A stretch of DNA of 61,573 bases, the filler included, from Sphacelaria rigidula (taxonomy: Eukaryota): the NCBI GenBank assembly GCA_964200075.2. It is 8 parts of 8 records of this genome, joined end to end, with 100 filler letters (N's around TTAATTAATTAA, not from the genome) between each part and the next. Parts side by side here need not be neighbours in the genome. Positions count along the whole stretch, not along the records: positions 1 to 7,610 come from CAXNAA020014103.1; positions 7,711 to 15,319 come from CAXNAA020014104.1; 6 more parts are not named here. One strand, written 5' to 3'. Positions 1-13,500 of the stretch are shown one piece after another. The translations under genes and the position numbers were made by a program. How positions within the stretch are numbered: position 1 is the stretch's first letter; every line of letters starts with the position of its first letter. The notes beneath the pieces were generated by a model. That model had not been told where the DNA came from. It did no database searches and was given only the letters and a program-made list of their open reading frames with translations.

Positions 1-37
1 CGGCTATCACAAACCATGACTTTTCCCTCCCACTTAC

Positions 38-3000
38 AGAATATTTGCGTGTCGCACGGAGCCGCCTGGTGCGCCGCCGGGATTACCAGAGGGAACATGA
101 TGGCCATCGTGCCCCAGCTGGTTCCCGTGAGGAACGACAAAATGACGCTGATGACGAAGGTCAGGGTAGGGTAGGCCGCTGGGTCCAAGTTCTCGCCGAG
201 AGCTGACGCAACGTACTCACCTGTGGGGGGGGGGGGGGGGGGGGGTGACTGGTTTCCGTGGGTTCCAAGAAGGGGAGTTTTTTTTGGTGGGATATTGTGT
301 TTTTTTACATCATGTTGGGGGGGNNNNNNNNNNTTTGTTCGCTTGTTATTGTTTGTGTTTGTTTTTGTTTTTGTTCTCTTTGCCTGTTTCGGGTGGGGGG
401 GGGGGGGGTGGGTGGGGAATATCGTTCAGCAGTTTCCAGAAATGGAAGTTGATTTATCTGCGAATGAGTCATTTTTTCAACAATCTCTGGGAAGTGCGAC
501 CGGAATGTGAGAGATCAGAGGCGAGAACATCTTGTACGCTACGCGCATGCGTGGTATGAACTAAGTCTTCCCGGGTTTCGATGGTTGTAGCTGGTTCGAC
601 TGGAGCACTCCGTGTTTGCGGCCCTAACCGCGAGTGACTCGGGGGTGAGCGGGGTGGATGCCATGTCCTCATCGTAAACCTTCCCTCTCGAAGAGGCGCA
701 CGCTCTCAGCTCTCTCGAACAAGCACGCAGTCTCAGCGGTCGATCGCGATGTTTCGGGTCTCCACGCGCATATCGATGAGGATAAAAACGCTGACATGCG
801 ATCATGAGTAATGTCAGAAACCACGGGGGACACCAGAGGTGCAACGCACACTGAAACAGGGGACGGACAGGGAGATACGCCGGCTACGGGAGAACACTCC
901 CATTCGTACAGCATTGATTGGCGGCACGTTGATCTATTCATTTATCCCACACCAGCTGACCCAGTGCGAATCCAGCGACAGTTGCACTACAGTATGGAGA
1001 CATGAACGGTATGTATATATATATATATATATTTCGAGGGTCGGACAAATCATGATTCGTCTGAAAACTACTTGGTTTGAGTATAATGAGTCGACTCGTG
1101 ACGAATCAATTCCTAGGCTTTTTATTTTCAGCGTTGCAACCCAGGTACACGCAGCCCAGACACGTGGAATGGCGCAAAAGTTGCGTGGACCCTCGGACCA
1201 GCGATCAACTTTTTTCTCCCTTTTGGGCAATCAGGCCGAAAAAATCGTGAATTTGGTGATTTTGAGTCGTGATGATTTGTCCCAACTGTGATATATTTAC
1301 GCATACACGTGAGAAAATCGGTGAAGAGACGGAAAATCAAGCCGGTCATCGCTCACCTGTGCCGCAGGCCGTGAAGGCGGCGCCAATGGTCCAGGCCATC
1401 ATCAGAATCAACAAGGCCGAGGTCAACCCTTTCATGCCTTCGATCCACACCTCCAGGCTCTTCTTCAAGGATAGGATGGGCTTCGAAGGCCCCTTGGAAA
1501 AGGCGTGCGTCAGGGTACCGTCAGGCTTCACGTGGTGGAGCCAGGACACGATCCAGGCCGTTGCGGAGCCCAGGAAGGACCCCCACAAAAGCGAACCGAA
1601 TGTGTCCGAGTTGCCGAAGATGTTCTGCGCGTTTTTCGCGATCCCGGCCTCCTCACAGGCGTTCGCTCCCGTGATTCCCATGGCGAGCAGCACTGTCGAA
1701 TAGGGTGGAAATACAGGGGTGGGGCAGGGTTTTGGGGGTCACCACAACATCGTCAATCCAAGTTTGAATCTTGTCGAAAACGAAGTTTAATCTCTCACTC
1801 TTTTCACAAGGAGAATAAAGGTAAGGAGGAAGGAAGGAGGGAAGTCGCATTTGCCGAGCGCGTTCCGGGCGATATACAATTTCCGCGATCGCACATTTTA
1901 GTGTGATAGTTCGAAATAAACTTCTCAACTTGATTTCACGATACCTCACGGCAATGGGTGTGTGGGCTTGTGCTGAGGATCAAATGCTCCACTCACTGAA
2001 ACCCATGACATCACGGTTCATCATTCAAAAAGAGCGTACCTTCAAGCATTTCGTTGACGAGCTTTTTTTTTTTCTTGTTGCGGTCTGGACGTTCTGAACC
2101 AAGAGTGGTCCTTCATGGAGTACATCGTCAAAAAGTGTGCTGCGTGCAGTATCGACTATGGTGTCTATTTATTGCAATGGCCAATATATCCCAAACTTGC
2201 CGCGCCGCGGTGGTGTAATGGTCCGACTGTCGCCGTGAGGGTGGAGAGATCGGCTTTTTCCTTCGTATCATATTATAGTATCTGATTTCCACCGTGAAAA
2301 GCGCGAGAGCGTGATTAAACAAAGTAGTCGACTGAGTTTGCTTGATGCGAGTCGATGCGGTGCGGGGGTGCTGACCCAATCCGCGAGACCAAAATACAAG
2401 GCATGTACCGGGGAGAGATGAGCCAATCCCTTGAGACCACGGACTCGTCCCGAGGAACGGGAGGGATTCACAGTAGTGCGACAAATGAAAAAAATAATAA
2501 TAAAGAACTATACCTAGCACACTTTCAACAATGTGACCTGTTGTCCGGGGTGTGGACCTTTGTCCCCGCGCCCAGGCAGTCTGACTGGTGCAACTGAAAC
2601 AGATGAGGTCGTGAGAAAAAACAGATTCGATTCCCGACATATGCCAATATTTTTGCAATTGAGTAGTATCTGGTTTCGGTGGCAGTACTCGTAAGTGTAA
2701 GGAAATGATAAGCGAAGATATTGTCTTTGACGAGAATCCACGCCGTGCTGATAAGTCATGATCCACTTCGCGATGCCAAAAATGCACGGCGTTTACCGGG
2801 AGAGAAACAAACGTGTCTGTTTCTGGAGACCACGGACTCATCCCAAGAAGGGGGATGGGTTAAAATTGTAACAGAAGCGGAACATCCTGTCCTCATGAAG
2901 GGTGGTGGTTGAAAGTGTAACAAAAACAAGGTCGATCACTACTACGCCGGTAGATGACACGTGGTAGCCTAAAGCGAATGGTCGACTGTTGCTAACCGTT

Positions 3001-6000
3001 TCATTTGGCTGTTGCGCCGCTTCTCCAATCCCAATGGTACTTTTGGAGGGACGTTAGAAGATGCATACAGCGATAACAGAGACGTGGATGATATCGTTCG
3101 AGGGCCGAGTATCGCAGTATTGCGAACATGCACATCTCACGGCACACGATGGGTGCTGCACTCAAATGAACAGAATTGAGCACACCAAAAACATGGTCGA
3201 TTTGCTCAGAACGGATTTGTTGGAACCAACGCCAGGAAAACCAGCTTCCTCAGGAAGTCTGGGAAAAGACATGAAACCTGGGTACCCGACGTTTCAAACC
3301 CGCTGCCGTTCGCGAGCGACCAGCGTTCGAGGTTGACATAATGTACCGCTGCGGCAGCATGCTGAGCTGTCGCGCACTGGAAATCTAATCGAAATCATCT
3401 GGTTGATTTCCATCACATGCATGGTACCGTGATAACTCTCTCCTGTGCGGTTTATTCGCGTAATTACTTCCTGATAAAAAAAGAAGAGAAATGAGAGGTA
3501 CGAACTGACATCACTGCTTGCATCAAAACTTGGAGAAACCGTTCGGAACACCCTTCTTCTCCCACTGGTTCAGGTAGTCGAGCTGGTGGATCAATTGCAC
3601 ACAACGAGTCAGAGCCAGGGTAGTGATTTTGATCAGCACTTATTGACCCGAACCTACCTCACCCTAATGGTGAATTTCGATAGTTGTTTTGTCGCAGTTG
3701 TCACAATGTTGAACAGAAACGTGTTGGGGAAAGTGATTCTTCATCAGCTGCGGACAGTATGGTGGACCAAACAGAAGTCGACGGTCAAATGATTAGATTT
3801 ATCGTGGTTGATGTGCACACGCAACTGAAGCCTGTGTTAGATTCGAGCCGCCTTTTGCTCTCTAATTTGTGCAAGCAAAACGGAAAACCCAAATGTTCCA
3901 CCCAGCACCCGACCCGCGTGAGCATGTCTCGTGAAAGAGAATGTCTTACTTGTGTAACGGCGTACTATCACGTTTGGGCACACGGGTGACGCCCTGTGGG
4001 TGAAAGCAGGCCAGCTCACAACACACGGACGCGTACACCTTGAAACATACACTTGGACGCATATCCGATTCGCGTGACACGCAACGGGCATGCGATCGGT
4101 CTATTTCGTGCACCTTGCATGGGGGGTTACACAGGCTGGATGAACAATCTGTTCATATCAGCCCTACTTCTCAGCAAATAAACGGTTGAGCCCGACACGT
4201 CTCTCAATCCCAGTCATGTAGTAATGCCCTGGCGTACAAGAAAAAATTGAATTTAGATCAGACAGAGCACGACCGCTGTAGCACACAAGATGTATTGCTC
4301 GCTGGGGCTGCACCGTACGTATTTACAAAAGTACAGATCAAGCGAGCACGTGACTGTACACATGCATGCGCGTTCAAATGACAACGCTTTCAGGACTACA
4401 CCGCAGTCTCAATGCTTCATCACAAAATCTGCTGTCGTTACCCGAGTAGAATGGTAGGCACGCACTAGACCTGAAATCGCATCTACTATGTTTTTGTACG
4501 TTGAGAACCACTCCAGCGCACCTATGAAGATGGTCACAACGATGGGAAGGATCGCGTTCCACCAAAGCCGGGGCACGCCGTCCTCCGGTTCGAGGGATTC
4601 GTCGATCTTCGTCTGTGTCTGGTCTGAATTCTCCGACGCAAGTTTACCGGTGGTACGGGCCCTCCTCTCGGCCCTGAGCATGGGGCCTAGCTCGCGGCCG
4701 GTCACTAGCGTTTGGCGGCGGTATTAATAGCAGGACAGAGTACGCGGCGTGTTGATAAAAAACGTGTTTGGTACCGAGCCGACGGCACGGTGATCGGATT
4801 CCTCTGCGCCAGTAACGTGGTGATCATGGTTCGCATGTTCGCATGTTCCGATACGGACAAAAATCAAACACAGCTGTATTCTTTTTTGGGGGGGGCATTA
4901 CCCGATCCGTTACTCGAGCCAACTGGTTTGGATCTCAGTTCTAGATAGTCGACGTGCGCCGCGATGAACAAAGAAAGGTGGGGAAAACATTCGACTTTGT
5001 GTGTGTGTTCGTGTGCTTTCTTCTCGCATCCTCACCGATCAGCAAGAACTGGATGAGGAGGATGAAGAACGGATAGAAGCGGCTTGGAATTGTCTTGATG
5101 AAGATCACGAACGCGCTCGAATCATAGCAGGAGATATCTTCCCCGTCTTCCTCGAGATTCGACAACGCGTCGGCGATGAGGCCAATCTCGAAACCGATCC
5201 AGGAGGAGATTGGGCTGAGGCTGGCGATGGGTGCACTCGTGGCGTCGACGATGAAGGATAACTTCTCACGAGAAATCAGCAGGGAGTCCGTGACCGCCCG
5301 CATAGTCTGGCCCACAATCAGAGCGTTGGCGTAGTCTGTTTTCGTTCAAAAGGTCGCGCGCACGATATAGTGCAAACCGGAGCGTTTCATCCTGTGTTTC
5401 CATATTCCCAGCTACGTTACTTCCCCGCTACGTTCCGCCGCGCCCCCGGTGGTCATATTGGTGTACCGTCGATTCATTGGGGCGGCGTACAAGAATCTCG
5501 ATACTGGCGGTTCACACTATAATACTGGTTCTCACAGGTTAAAGCATCAGGTTGGGCGCGTCCGAGCAAATTGCTGAGTGTCCGATACGTTCTCTGTCCT
5601 GGTGAGAACGTGCTCTGATTTCAAGAACGTGAACGAACGATCAAGTGTTGCAACCACGACCACGTCGTGAGGGGAAATAATTACATCTATCATAACAGCC
5701 CGTGTGCTCAAGTACGTCAGAATCTTCAGTAGTGACTTGTAGTCGGAAGATCTGGGGGAGGGAGGCTGGTTATGATGAATGCACTCAACATTAGAGGACC
5801 TTGGTGCAAAGTCACACGCAAAGGGCACAAGGGACCATGTCCGATCGTACCGTTGAAAAAGATGAGGATGCCGACGCCCATGGTGGCAAGGGCCCCCGCT
5901 CTGGCTGTCTTAGCGTGCTTTCCGATTGACTCCGCTAACCCGTATCTGCGCGATATACAACGGTGAAACGGTGAGGCATTGTATTGATATAGGATCGCAC

Positions 6001-7000
6001 GGCGTCTAACTCAACAGAAACAACCAGGGCGAATCGTAGGTCATGGATTTGTCAGTCCGAGGTCGTCCACCTACAGCGCAACACTATGATAATCAGATGC
6101 CCTAGATTGCTCAGGAGTTGTGATGGTACAGGAGGTGTTCAACACGCAACTTCCCGTGTGTACAGACAGGCAGCAAGCACGTACCCGTTTTGTTTGCTTT
6201 TTTCTAATCTACAGGTTCTCACCCTCCACCGTTCTTGATCAGAACTGCAACCATGCCAGCCAAGAAGAGACAGAAGAGGATGACGTAAATGTGATCCTCA
6301 TCGGCGTACGAATCCAAGATGAAAGTGTCCAAGGTGCGCATGAACTGTAGTACGGACACACGACATACGGACAAGAATAAGGACAGGTTGTGTATGTGCG
6401 GTGGGGACGGCGGGACGGGGGGTAAAGGTGGGCAAAACGTTCACGCTTCGATCGTCACCGAGGAGTTCCTGTATCTTGTGAGCGTACCCTTGCATTGGAA
6501 CAACTGTGGTGTTGTTCTCGTTATGGAGCTGTTTCAGGATCGGCTTCAAAATAATACAGGCGGTATGCCGTACATGATCGGCTGCCTTGTGACAAAGCAT
6601 TTTTGACCGCACTGTAGCGGCACTACCACTACAGCTTGTTCACATTTTCCCAACGCCCCCATAAGTACAGCTCCAGAAGGTCCTATGGAAGCAACGGGAC
6701 CCTCGAAAGTCGTTCTCGTCATGGCGGGTATCTCGCCGACAAACCCTGTCTCCATACATACGCTGTATATCTCAATTGATCCCTACGGATGTTCCTGATC
6801 ATGGTGTAGAAAACGTCTCGACAAGTTGTCTGATCGCAATGTGCCCTCCATCGTGATGAAGACATCCTTCATAACTCACGGCGACGACGACATTGCCGTT
6901 GTACACCAGAAGGGCCGCGGCGTACACGCCTCCGAACAGCGACCAAAGAACGTTCCGAGTGGCTATCGCAGTGACCAACGTCACCATTGGGGGCAACAAC
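38..7000 (-). CDS. NhaC-family Na+/H+ antiporter-like membrane transporter, multi-exon, partial at both ends
   Basis: Exons (minus, all GT-AG, phases compatible): 7000-6880, 6344-6223, 5945-5851, 5335-5036, 4704-4522, 1692-1357, 220-38. The spliced protein contains NhaC-like motifs LLPP, IFFNDYANALIVG, SREKLSFIVDATSAPIASLSPISSWIG, GPMLRAERRA, ILMMAWTIG and GTSWGTMAIMFP, plus many hydrophobic helices. Confidence 0.9.
1034..1290. mobile_element. Small non-autonomous TIR element (MITE-like) in NhaC intron
   Basis: Left end GGGTCGGACAAATCATGA is inverted to right end TGATGATTTGTCCCAACTGTG and sits beside a (TA)n tract. The left part recurs in reverse orientation at 38547-38610. Confidence 0.55.
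2198..2468 (+). mobile_element. tRNA-derived SINE, family B copy
   Basis: Head GCCGCGGTGGTGTAATGGTCCGACTGT (A-box-like). Body AACAAAGTAGTCGACTG...ATCCGCGAGACCAAAATACAAGGC...GGACTCGTCCCGAGGAA is shared with copies at 38660-38790, 39100-39243, 45295-45545 and 47400-47602. Confidence 0.7.
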
Positions 7001-7610
7001 CTGCCGCACGGGGATGAACAAGGGCGAGGGGGCGGGGCGTGCGAATGAGTTCTAGTTGCACTGTGTGGTGACACCACAGCTCGTTCACTTGATTCCAATG
7101 TCGCTTCCACGGGCACGAAATGAGACCGTAAATATTATAAGGGTGTATGTTGGATAGGGTAATTCCTACATATGCGTACGAGCTGGGCCAGCTTAAAAGC
7201 TGCTAATACTTGCTCACACCACAGCTTCCCCAGTTTTTCCCGAATGAACCCGATATAAGCATATCACTGTGAAGTGCAGACCAACCTGGTGGCACACGGC
7301 ACCGCCGCTGAATGAAAAAAAAATGAAAAAAATGTACTGCATAACGTACCCTTGAAGAAAAAAAATGACGACGGACGAAACAAAAAAGAGAATCTGTCGG
7401 GATTCGAACTCATGACCTCCATAATTATTGGAGTCTCCCATCACTTGATTTGTAGGGGTGCAGCAGCGTCACGGAAAATGTTGAGCGCACGGCTCAATTC
7501 GACGACTCTCGAGCTGAAACTTCATGAAGACCTTCTGCACCCATGGGAGACATTTTCTACGATACCCCCCCCCCCCCCCCCCCCCCCCCCCAGCGGTGGG
7601 GGGGAGGGGA

Positions 7611-7710
7611 NNNNNNNNNNNNNNNNNNNNNNNNNNNNNNNNNNNNNNNNNNNNTTAATTAATTAANNNNNNNNNNNNNNNNNNNNNNNNNNNNNNNNNN
7701 NNNNNNNNNN
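7611..7710. other. Artificial contig linker (N44-TTAATTAATTAA-N44)
   Basis: Identical 100-nt spacer carrying stop codons in all six frames, repeated every 7709 nt at 7611, 15320, 23029, 30738, 38447, 46156 and 53865. Confidence 0.98.
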
Positions 7711-7779
7711 GGGAAAGCACTGTTTTAGGCTTGAGCCTCATCTCGAAGTTAAACCTCAATTCGCACAATTTGTTGTTAA

Positions 7780-7915
7780 TAGGGGTTCAAGAGTAGGAAA
7801 AATAGCACCAAAAAAGTCGCAAAACGGAGTCGCAAAAATCAAGTCGGAAAATTCCGGTTAGTAGAATTTTTACCCGGAGCAGAAACCAAATTCACTTCGT
7901 GAAATTGGAATATGT
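7780..7915. repeat. Dispersed repeat, probable DNA-transposon terminal segment
   Basis: GAATTTTTACCCGGAGCAGAAACCAAATTCACTTCGTGAAATTGGAA is closely similar to 51460-51610 on a different contig. Confidence 0.6.
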
Positions 7916-8649
7916 TACAAAACAATAACTAACTGCTGCAAGGCATATATGTACATGTATCATTTCGCATTTTTCACCACTTTTGCCGAGTTTTCTCTCG
8001 CTGAAAGGCATCTTAGCCTTCGCTTTGTTTTGCAGTGCACGAAGGAGGGTCAGCGGTACATTACAGTTCAGGTTTGGGTGTCATCTGATCCCTGTGGCGC
8101 GTGTTCCGGCCAACGAAAGTCGCCCACACTGGCTTTTTTTCGCGGGGTGTCGATCCCGAACCACAAAAGCCTCCTCGAGATCGTGAAAAACTCTCAATGA
8201 GAACCCGAACCAAAGCAGCGCATGTTCATGGCGGGGCATTTCTTCATCACAAACACAGGTCGGAACATCTGAAATTCCTTCCTCTTCAGTTTTGACATGA
8301 AGCGTCTAATACCGTCATATCTAGTTCACGTGGGTCCCCGTTGTGCGAACTCAACAGTCCACAAAAGCATGTTTAGGAACATTAGTGAGAATAAGTTGAA
8401 GGAGGATATCGGTGTTCATCCTTCGACCGCGAGGGCAGGTCACCTGCTGAAGCGGTATCAATATTCACTTGAAAAGAGCATGCGTGATTGAGATGGAGTA
8501 CCGGCGCCGCGGTCCAAGGGTTAAAACGTACACTCATGCAAAGCGAACAGCCTTTATTGTTTTACGTTGAGGCCTCACGGGTCCTGTCCATTGGAAACTT
8601 ATGACCAGGAGGAAAGTTCCTCGGGTGTCGGCTAGGTTGTACTGTTGCG

Positions 8650-8930
8650 TTTGTAGCGTGCCGTTGATTCTGGGCGCCAGTCTATACCTTTCGGTGTATG
8701 TACGCGCACCAGCCGTGACAGGTGGTCACATAGAACGAAGGTCAAAATGTGAGCTTTTTCTTTTTTATTTGTTTTTAGTACTTCATCTTCCTTTTGTGTA
8801 CCCACGACATAGTCACTCTCCACTGCTGGGCATGGTGTGAGAAAAAATCCCAGACCGCTCCGAGATTTCAATCCACGACTCAACCATCAGAAGGTGTCGA
8901 GGTTATTATCTGAGCGACTGGGGCGACCGG
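8650..8930 (-). mobile_element. tRNA-derived SINE, family A copy
   Basis: Minus strand starts CCGGTCGCCCCAGTCGCTCAG...GATTGAAATCTCGG (degenerate A/B boxes). Body GTACCCACGACATAGTC...CTCTCCACTG...GAGAAAAATCCCAG is shared with 22437-22701. Confidence 0.7.
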
Positions 8931-9479
8931 CACTGCAAATGGAGATTTCGAGAGCTGTCTATGTACCTTGGCAACCGCAGTACAGTGTTTTGAACAAGTC
9001 CTGCATGCAGCTGCTGTATTAGAAACATGGTCCTGCATACAGGGCTGCATCTATAGTGGAATGATATACTGTACAGCATAAAAACTTGACTAGTGAAAAA
9101 AATATCACTGTTGGCAGGTGAACTACAATATCCCCCATTCGGAGCCGTCCCTTTATATATATATATATATATATAGTTTAGGAATGTGGGGCGGATGCCT
9201 AGTATCTCTGATCCCGAAACTCCAGCATCAAACAGTCACTGGGATGAGCGGTGGCACCCGAAAAAAATCAGTGAAACTTGCCGACTACGAAAAAATTGCA
9301 AAAATCCCGTGATGCGGCTAGAAACTTCTGTCAATTCGAGATATTGCACGGAATGCACTGGAAGTGGATTTTCACCCCAGTTTTGATTGTGCTTTGAAAT
9401 GGGGTTGGGGAGGGTTTATTAATGATATAAGGACGTTTTGTGAAAACTTCACCTTGTTCTTCGCCCTCGACTCGTGAAG

Positions 9480-9612
9480 AAAAAAAAAAAACACGTGCAG
9501 AATACATTCTCTTTATATATTGTCTTTCCTTTCTCCAAAACATGAAATACAACCAACCATCCAACCAACCATCCCATCCCCAAACAATAATTAATTAATT
9601 AATTAATTAATT
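9480..9612. repeat. Dispersed repeat with (CCAA)n/(TAAT)n simple tracts
   Basis: Reverse-complement copy at about 44560-44680 (TAATTAATTATTGTTTG...GGTTGGTTGTATTT...GGAAAAGACAAT). Confidence 0.65.
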
Positions 9613-10849
9613 TGATATTCCCTGCGATTCTCAAAAATAAAAATTTAAAAGCATAAATTCCAAAACCGAGGTGGGAAATCCACTCTCAAACTCAACTTCG
9701 CTTTTAGGCTGGCCCATCTCTTACCAGATTCGATATCTTACACGGAGAAACAATAGTCGTACATGATCGTGAACACTGCAACTTCTATTATGCTGGGCAT
9801 ATTCTGCAGAAAACAGGCCCTGATGCTTTTCGTTCGTGGTACACACGATTTTGAACAGAAGGAATGTGATAAATATCAGCAAAAATAACAGAAAGGAACA
9901 TGTCTGAAGTGGCATACCGTAGCTGTACGATACAAACGTTGTTCGACTGTGGCGTGCTATGTGCTGTTTTTCTTTGCACACACGAAATATATCCGAAAGC
10001 AGCCGACTGTGCAGGGTAGCGGGTGAGAAATACCAACACCAACACTGAAAAGTAAAAAAATATACGAGAAGGGGTAAAGCAAGGATGTATCATATTGGCA
10101 TCAAGGCATGGTGCACAGTGAACACCAACACCGTTTGAAGCCCCATGCGCATGAACGAACGAATAAGTAATTCCGTTCGATTCGCCCTTTCCGATTGCAG
10201 GGTTTGCTGACACAAGTGTACAGTTCTAGTGTACTTCGCCAGTTCCTCGCAGGTGCTCGACCCTACACGACTCAAGTCGCCTCAACTTTCAATTTTTGCT
10301 CAATCGCTCGTCCTCGCCGCCCCAGACTCGAATCTTTCCCCGTACACGTATGACTCCTGCAATTCCACGACTCAAGTCGCTCTTGTCTGGCCTTTTGCCG
10401 AAGGACAATTGAAGACTCGAGAGTGATGAGTTGAGTCATCCTCTCTGACATTCTGCGACATGACTCGTAGGGTTCGAATCACACTCCTCATTATCGAACA
10501 CCTGTCATGATTCGAGTCAGTACATGACTCGTCGGACGTATGAAGTTTTCCCCGGGTATAGTGACGTCAAAAATCATGCAACCCTTTTTGTAACATAATA
10601 TCTGCAGGAGACGACATCCGGCTCCATTCTTACGCACTCGTCTGGATCAAACACACTAAACTACAACAAACCGCCGAAACACTCCATCATGCAACTACAA
10701 CAACGTGATACGAAACAAAGAACGATTGTCGCTTTCAGCAAAATACCATGGACTTTCACATACCAACTCCACAAATATTTTGCTTCTCTTCACAAACTCA
10801 TTTCATGGTGGGTGATGTCACTGGGGTAGTACTGGCAGGACGTTTGCAT

Positions 10850-13500
10850 AGCATACATGAAAACGCACAGGGGTTGTGGACGCGAGCAACCTAGTATCGA
10901 GTCTAGCAGGAGTTAGTTCACCAATGGCGTGGTTACATTCACGGACTTCAGTTTTACATCATCAAGCGCTTTATTGGCGCCGGAGAAACATCGATAAAGT
11001 TGGCGCACACAACAAACAGAGTAGCACCGTCGGCTCTAAATGACACGCGTCGAGGGATCTACTCCACCATTCCGAATCCCTCATCGAGTGACCCCAACCT
11101 TGCCTTTTGCATTGAAGCACATCAATAACTATACATCGCACCTCTCAAACCTCATGGAACAGTGCAAAACTCAAGTTCTAGTTGGTGACAGCTTAGGGAC
11201 GACCAATAAGCGACGTCCCTCTCCGTGCCGGGAAGAGCCTTCCTCGCCTTTGATACTAGTGCAGCCATCAAAGGTTACCATCAGGGGTTGCATGTCAGTG
11301 TGCGCAGACTTGCCCAACGGACCTACCTGCGAATGGACGGACACGTGACCGACCGAGTATGCAACCAAACAGGGAGAGGGGGGGACGCGAAATCCCCAGT
11401 GCACCACGAAGGATAAGCTTTCACGCTCACGATACAACACGCAAACGATGGGAGGACATAGAACGAGAGTTGCGTGAAATCCGTTGATGCCAGCCTTGTC
11501 GAATGTTTTGACAAGACTACCCCTCGGTATGAACGAACGATGGCACATTTTCGCCGGGTAGTATAATTCAATCGTAGTTACGCTAGTTGTTGCGATGGTA
11601 GTATGCTGGATCAACGCTTTAAACGGGCGACATCGCTTTTCATATCGCCTTCTTGGAGTTTGAAAAATGCAGAAAAATCATGCAGTGTTTTCCGGTTAAG
11701 GTGGTCAAACGACAAAGCCAAGCAAAAACTATTATGGCCACTGATCACGTCACTCTAGCGAAAACACGAGAAATCAAGTTCTGGGTAGTTGTCCTGCGAA
11801 AGAACTGCACAGAAATAAGTGGCCGATTTCACGAATTCAACAAAATGAGACATGGCGTACATGCTGTTGTACAAGAGAGGGTATTGAAAACTGTAAGTAC
11901 TTGGGGGACGGAAGAAAAATAATAATACTTGATGGAGGACCCCGGGGATGGCTTCCAAACGTCCCCCCCCGGGAATAGCCGGTGTTTTTCCAGGGTATAG
12001 CCGGTGTTTTTCCAGGGTAAACCGAGTCGATTTTAGGGGTAGTTGTCCCCTTCCACCATGACCGCAAAAAACGATATTTTTTTGCTTCATTTATTATTCT
12101 GTGTTTCCTGCGTGTTTCGGTCACCCGTACACAGTAGAAGCCCCTTCAATTAAATTACCACGCATGTCGATTTTAAAACGGAGGAAAATCAAAGTGAGCT
12201 CCAAAAACCACAACAAAAATATGAAAAAAGCGAAAGTTGAAATGAAGAAAAAAGCACAGCGATGCCGGAACTCGAAACCGCGCTACAATAATGGAAGGTG
12301 GGCAATGGTTACGCATCATTTGGTCTGTACCGGCCACGTATTTCGGTCCAGGGTGGAATTGCATATTTGAAATTAAACCCTATGCGCTGACGGTGTCGGA
12401 GGTACGAAACATCAGACGGACGACATAAACTAGTGACCGTCGTTGTCTTGCGCAAAATTTATAACGTCAAGAAAAGAAGCAATACCACGTGAGCACTCGG
12501 CAAAGCAGATTGCAAGAAAAAAGGGACACCGCGTATCCGAAACGGGGGGTATTCGTGTTCCTTGTGCTGCTTGGGGTCGAGCACTCACTCGCTATATGTA
12601 GCGCCGGCAGTAAAAAATGTCACATCCAAAAAGCCTGTACAACACTAATGGTGCAACTCATGCTGACCTGAGCACGAGTAATCTTGTACTGAACATAGTT
12701 AAACGCATGTCGCACGGCGTCAACAGGATGTCTAAGAGGTCGCCATGGAGCCCCCTCCAATTGGAACCAGCTGTCCTCGTACATATCGGTTCCTGTTTGA
12801 AACGAGTAGCGCGAGGGGCTTGGGTTGTGTCGATGGAGAGGGCATCACTCGCGTCTCGCATTGACTCAAAGCTGCACATCATTGTCCAACTGAACGCCAC
12901 ACGTGTTATCCTAAGCACCGAAAATTGTGCAGAGGAGAATTACCTGTGAGAAGGGTTCGCAGTACGGTGCCCTCAGGAATGCCCACTGTAGCGCGGGTTG
13001 AGAAGTGGCTGCAAGTTCGGTAATAGGCGTCCCGCATGCCCCCGAACCACCTGTAGAACCAACCTAACGGACCATGTACACGAGAGAACGGATAGGTTTA
13101 CGAGATATTGCACGTCTTGAGGGTCCAGTGTCCGCAGCAGGTCGGCATACATCTGAATATATAGCCGCGTGGCTTGCCTGAGTCTCCTGCGACGACGACG
13201 TTGGCTCCTTTAAGCATCTCCTCCAGCATACGGGTATGCACTTCTCCCTTGCACACGCCAAGTTTTCGACGCGCGTCCCTGCCGTCCGTACCGAAGCCGT
13301 CCACTGTTTGCCCATAGGCTGCCCATTCTTGTGCTGGCGTTGTTGAATCACCGGACTGAAAAAGAGGTAGAGGTGAAAATTCTTCAAGTGTGCGTCCATG
13401 GCCATTTGCATTACCACGGGAGACACTGCTTCGCAAGCTTCGGCCCTGCCAAAAAACCAAGCGTTGAGAGAAAGACAGCTTAAACGTGTTCAAACGTATT
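10850..13500 (-). pseudogene. Probable highly decayed DNA-transposon (possibly hAT-like) coding remnants
   Basis: Broken ORF fragments on the minus strand (VTFDGCTS, VLHCSM, RLDTRL) lie next to subterminal-type short repeats (ATAGCCGGTGTTTTTCC twice at 11975-12013). There is no intact ORF. Confidence 0.25.

Noticed and set aside
9586-9612. TTAATTAATTAA as another linker
   Set aside because: No flanking Ns; it is a natural (TAAT)n tract of a dispersed repeat also seen near 44570.
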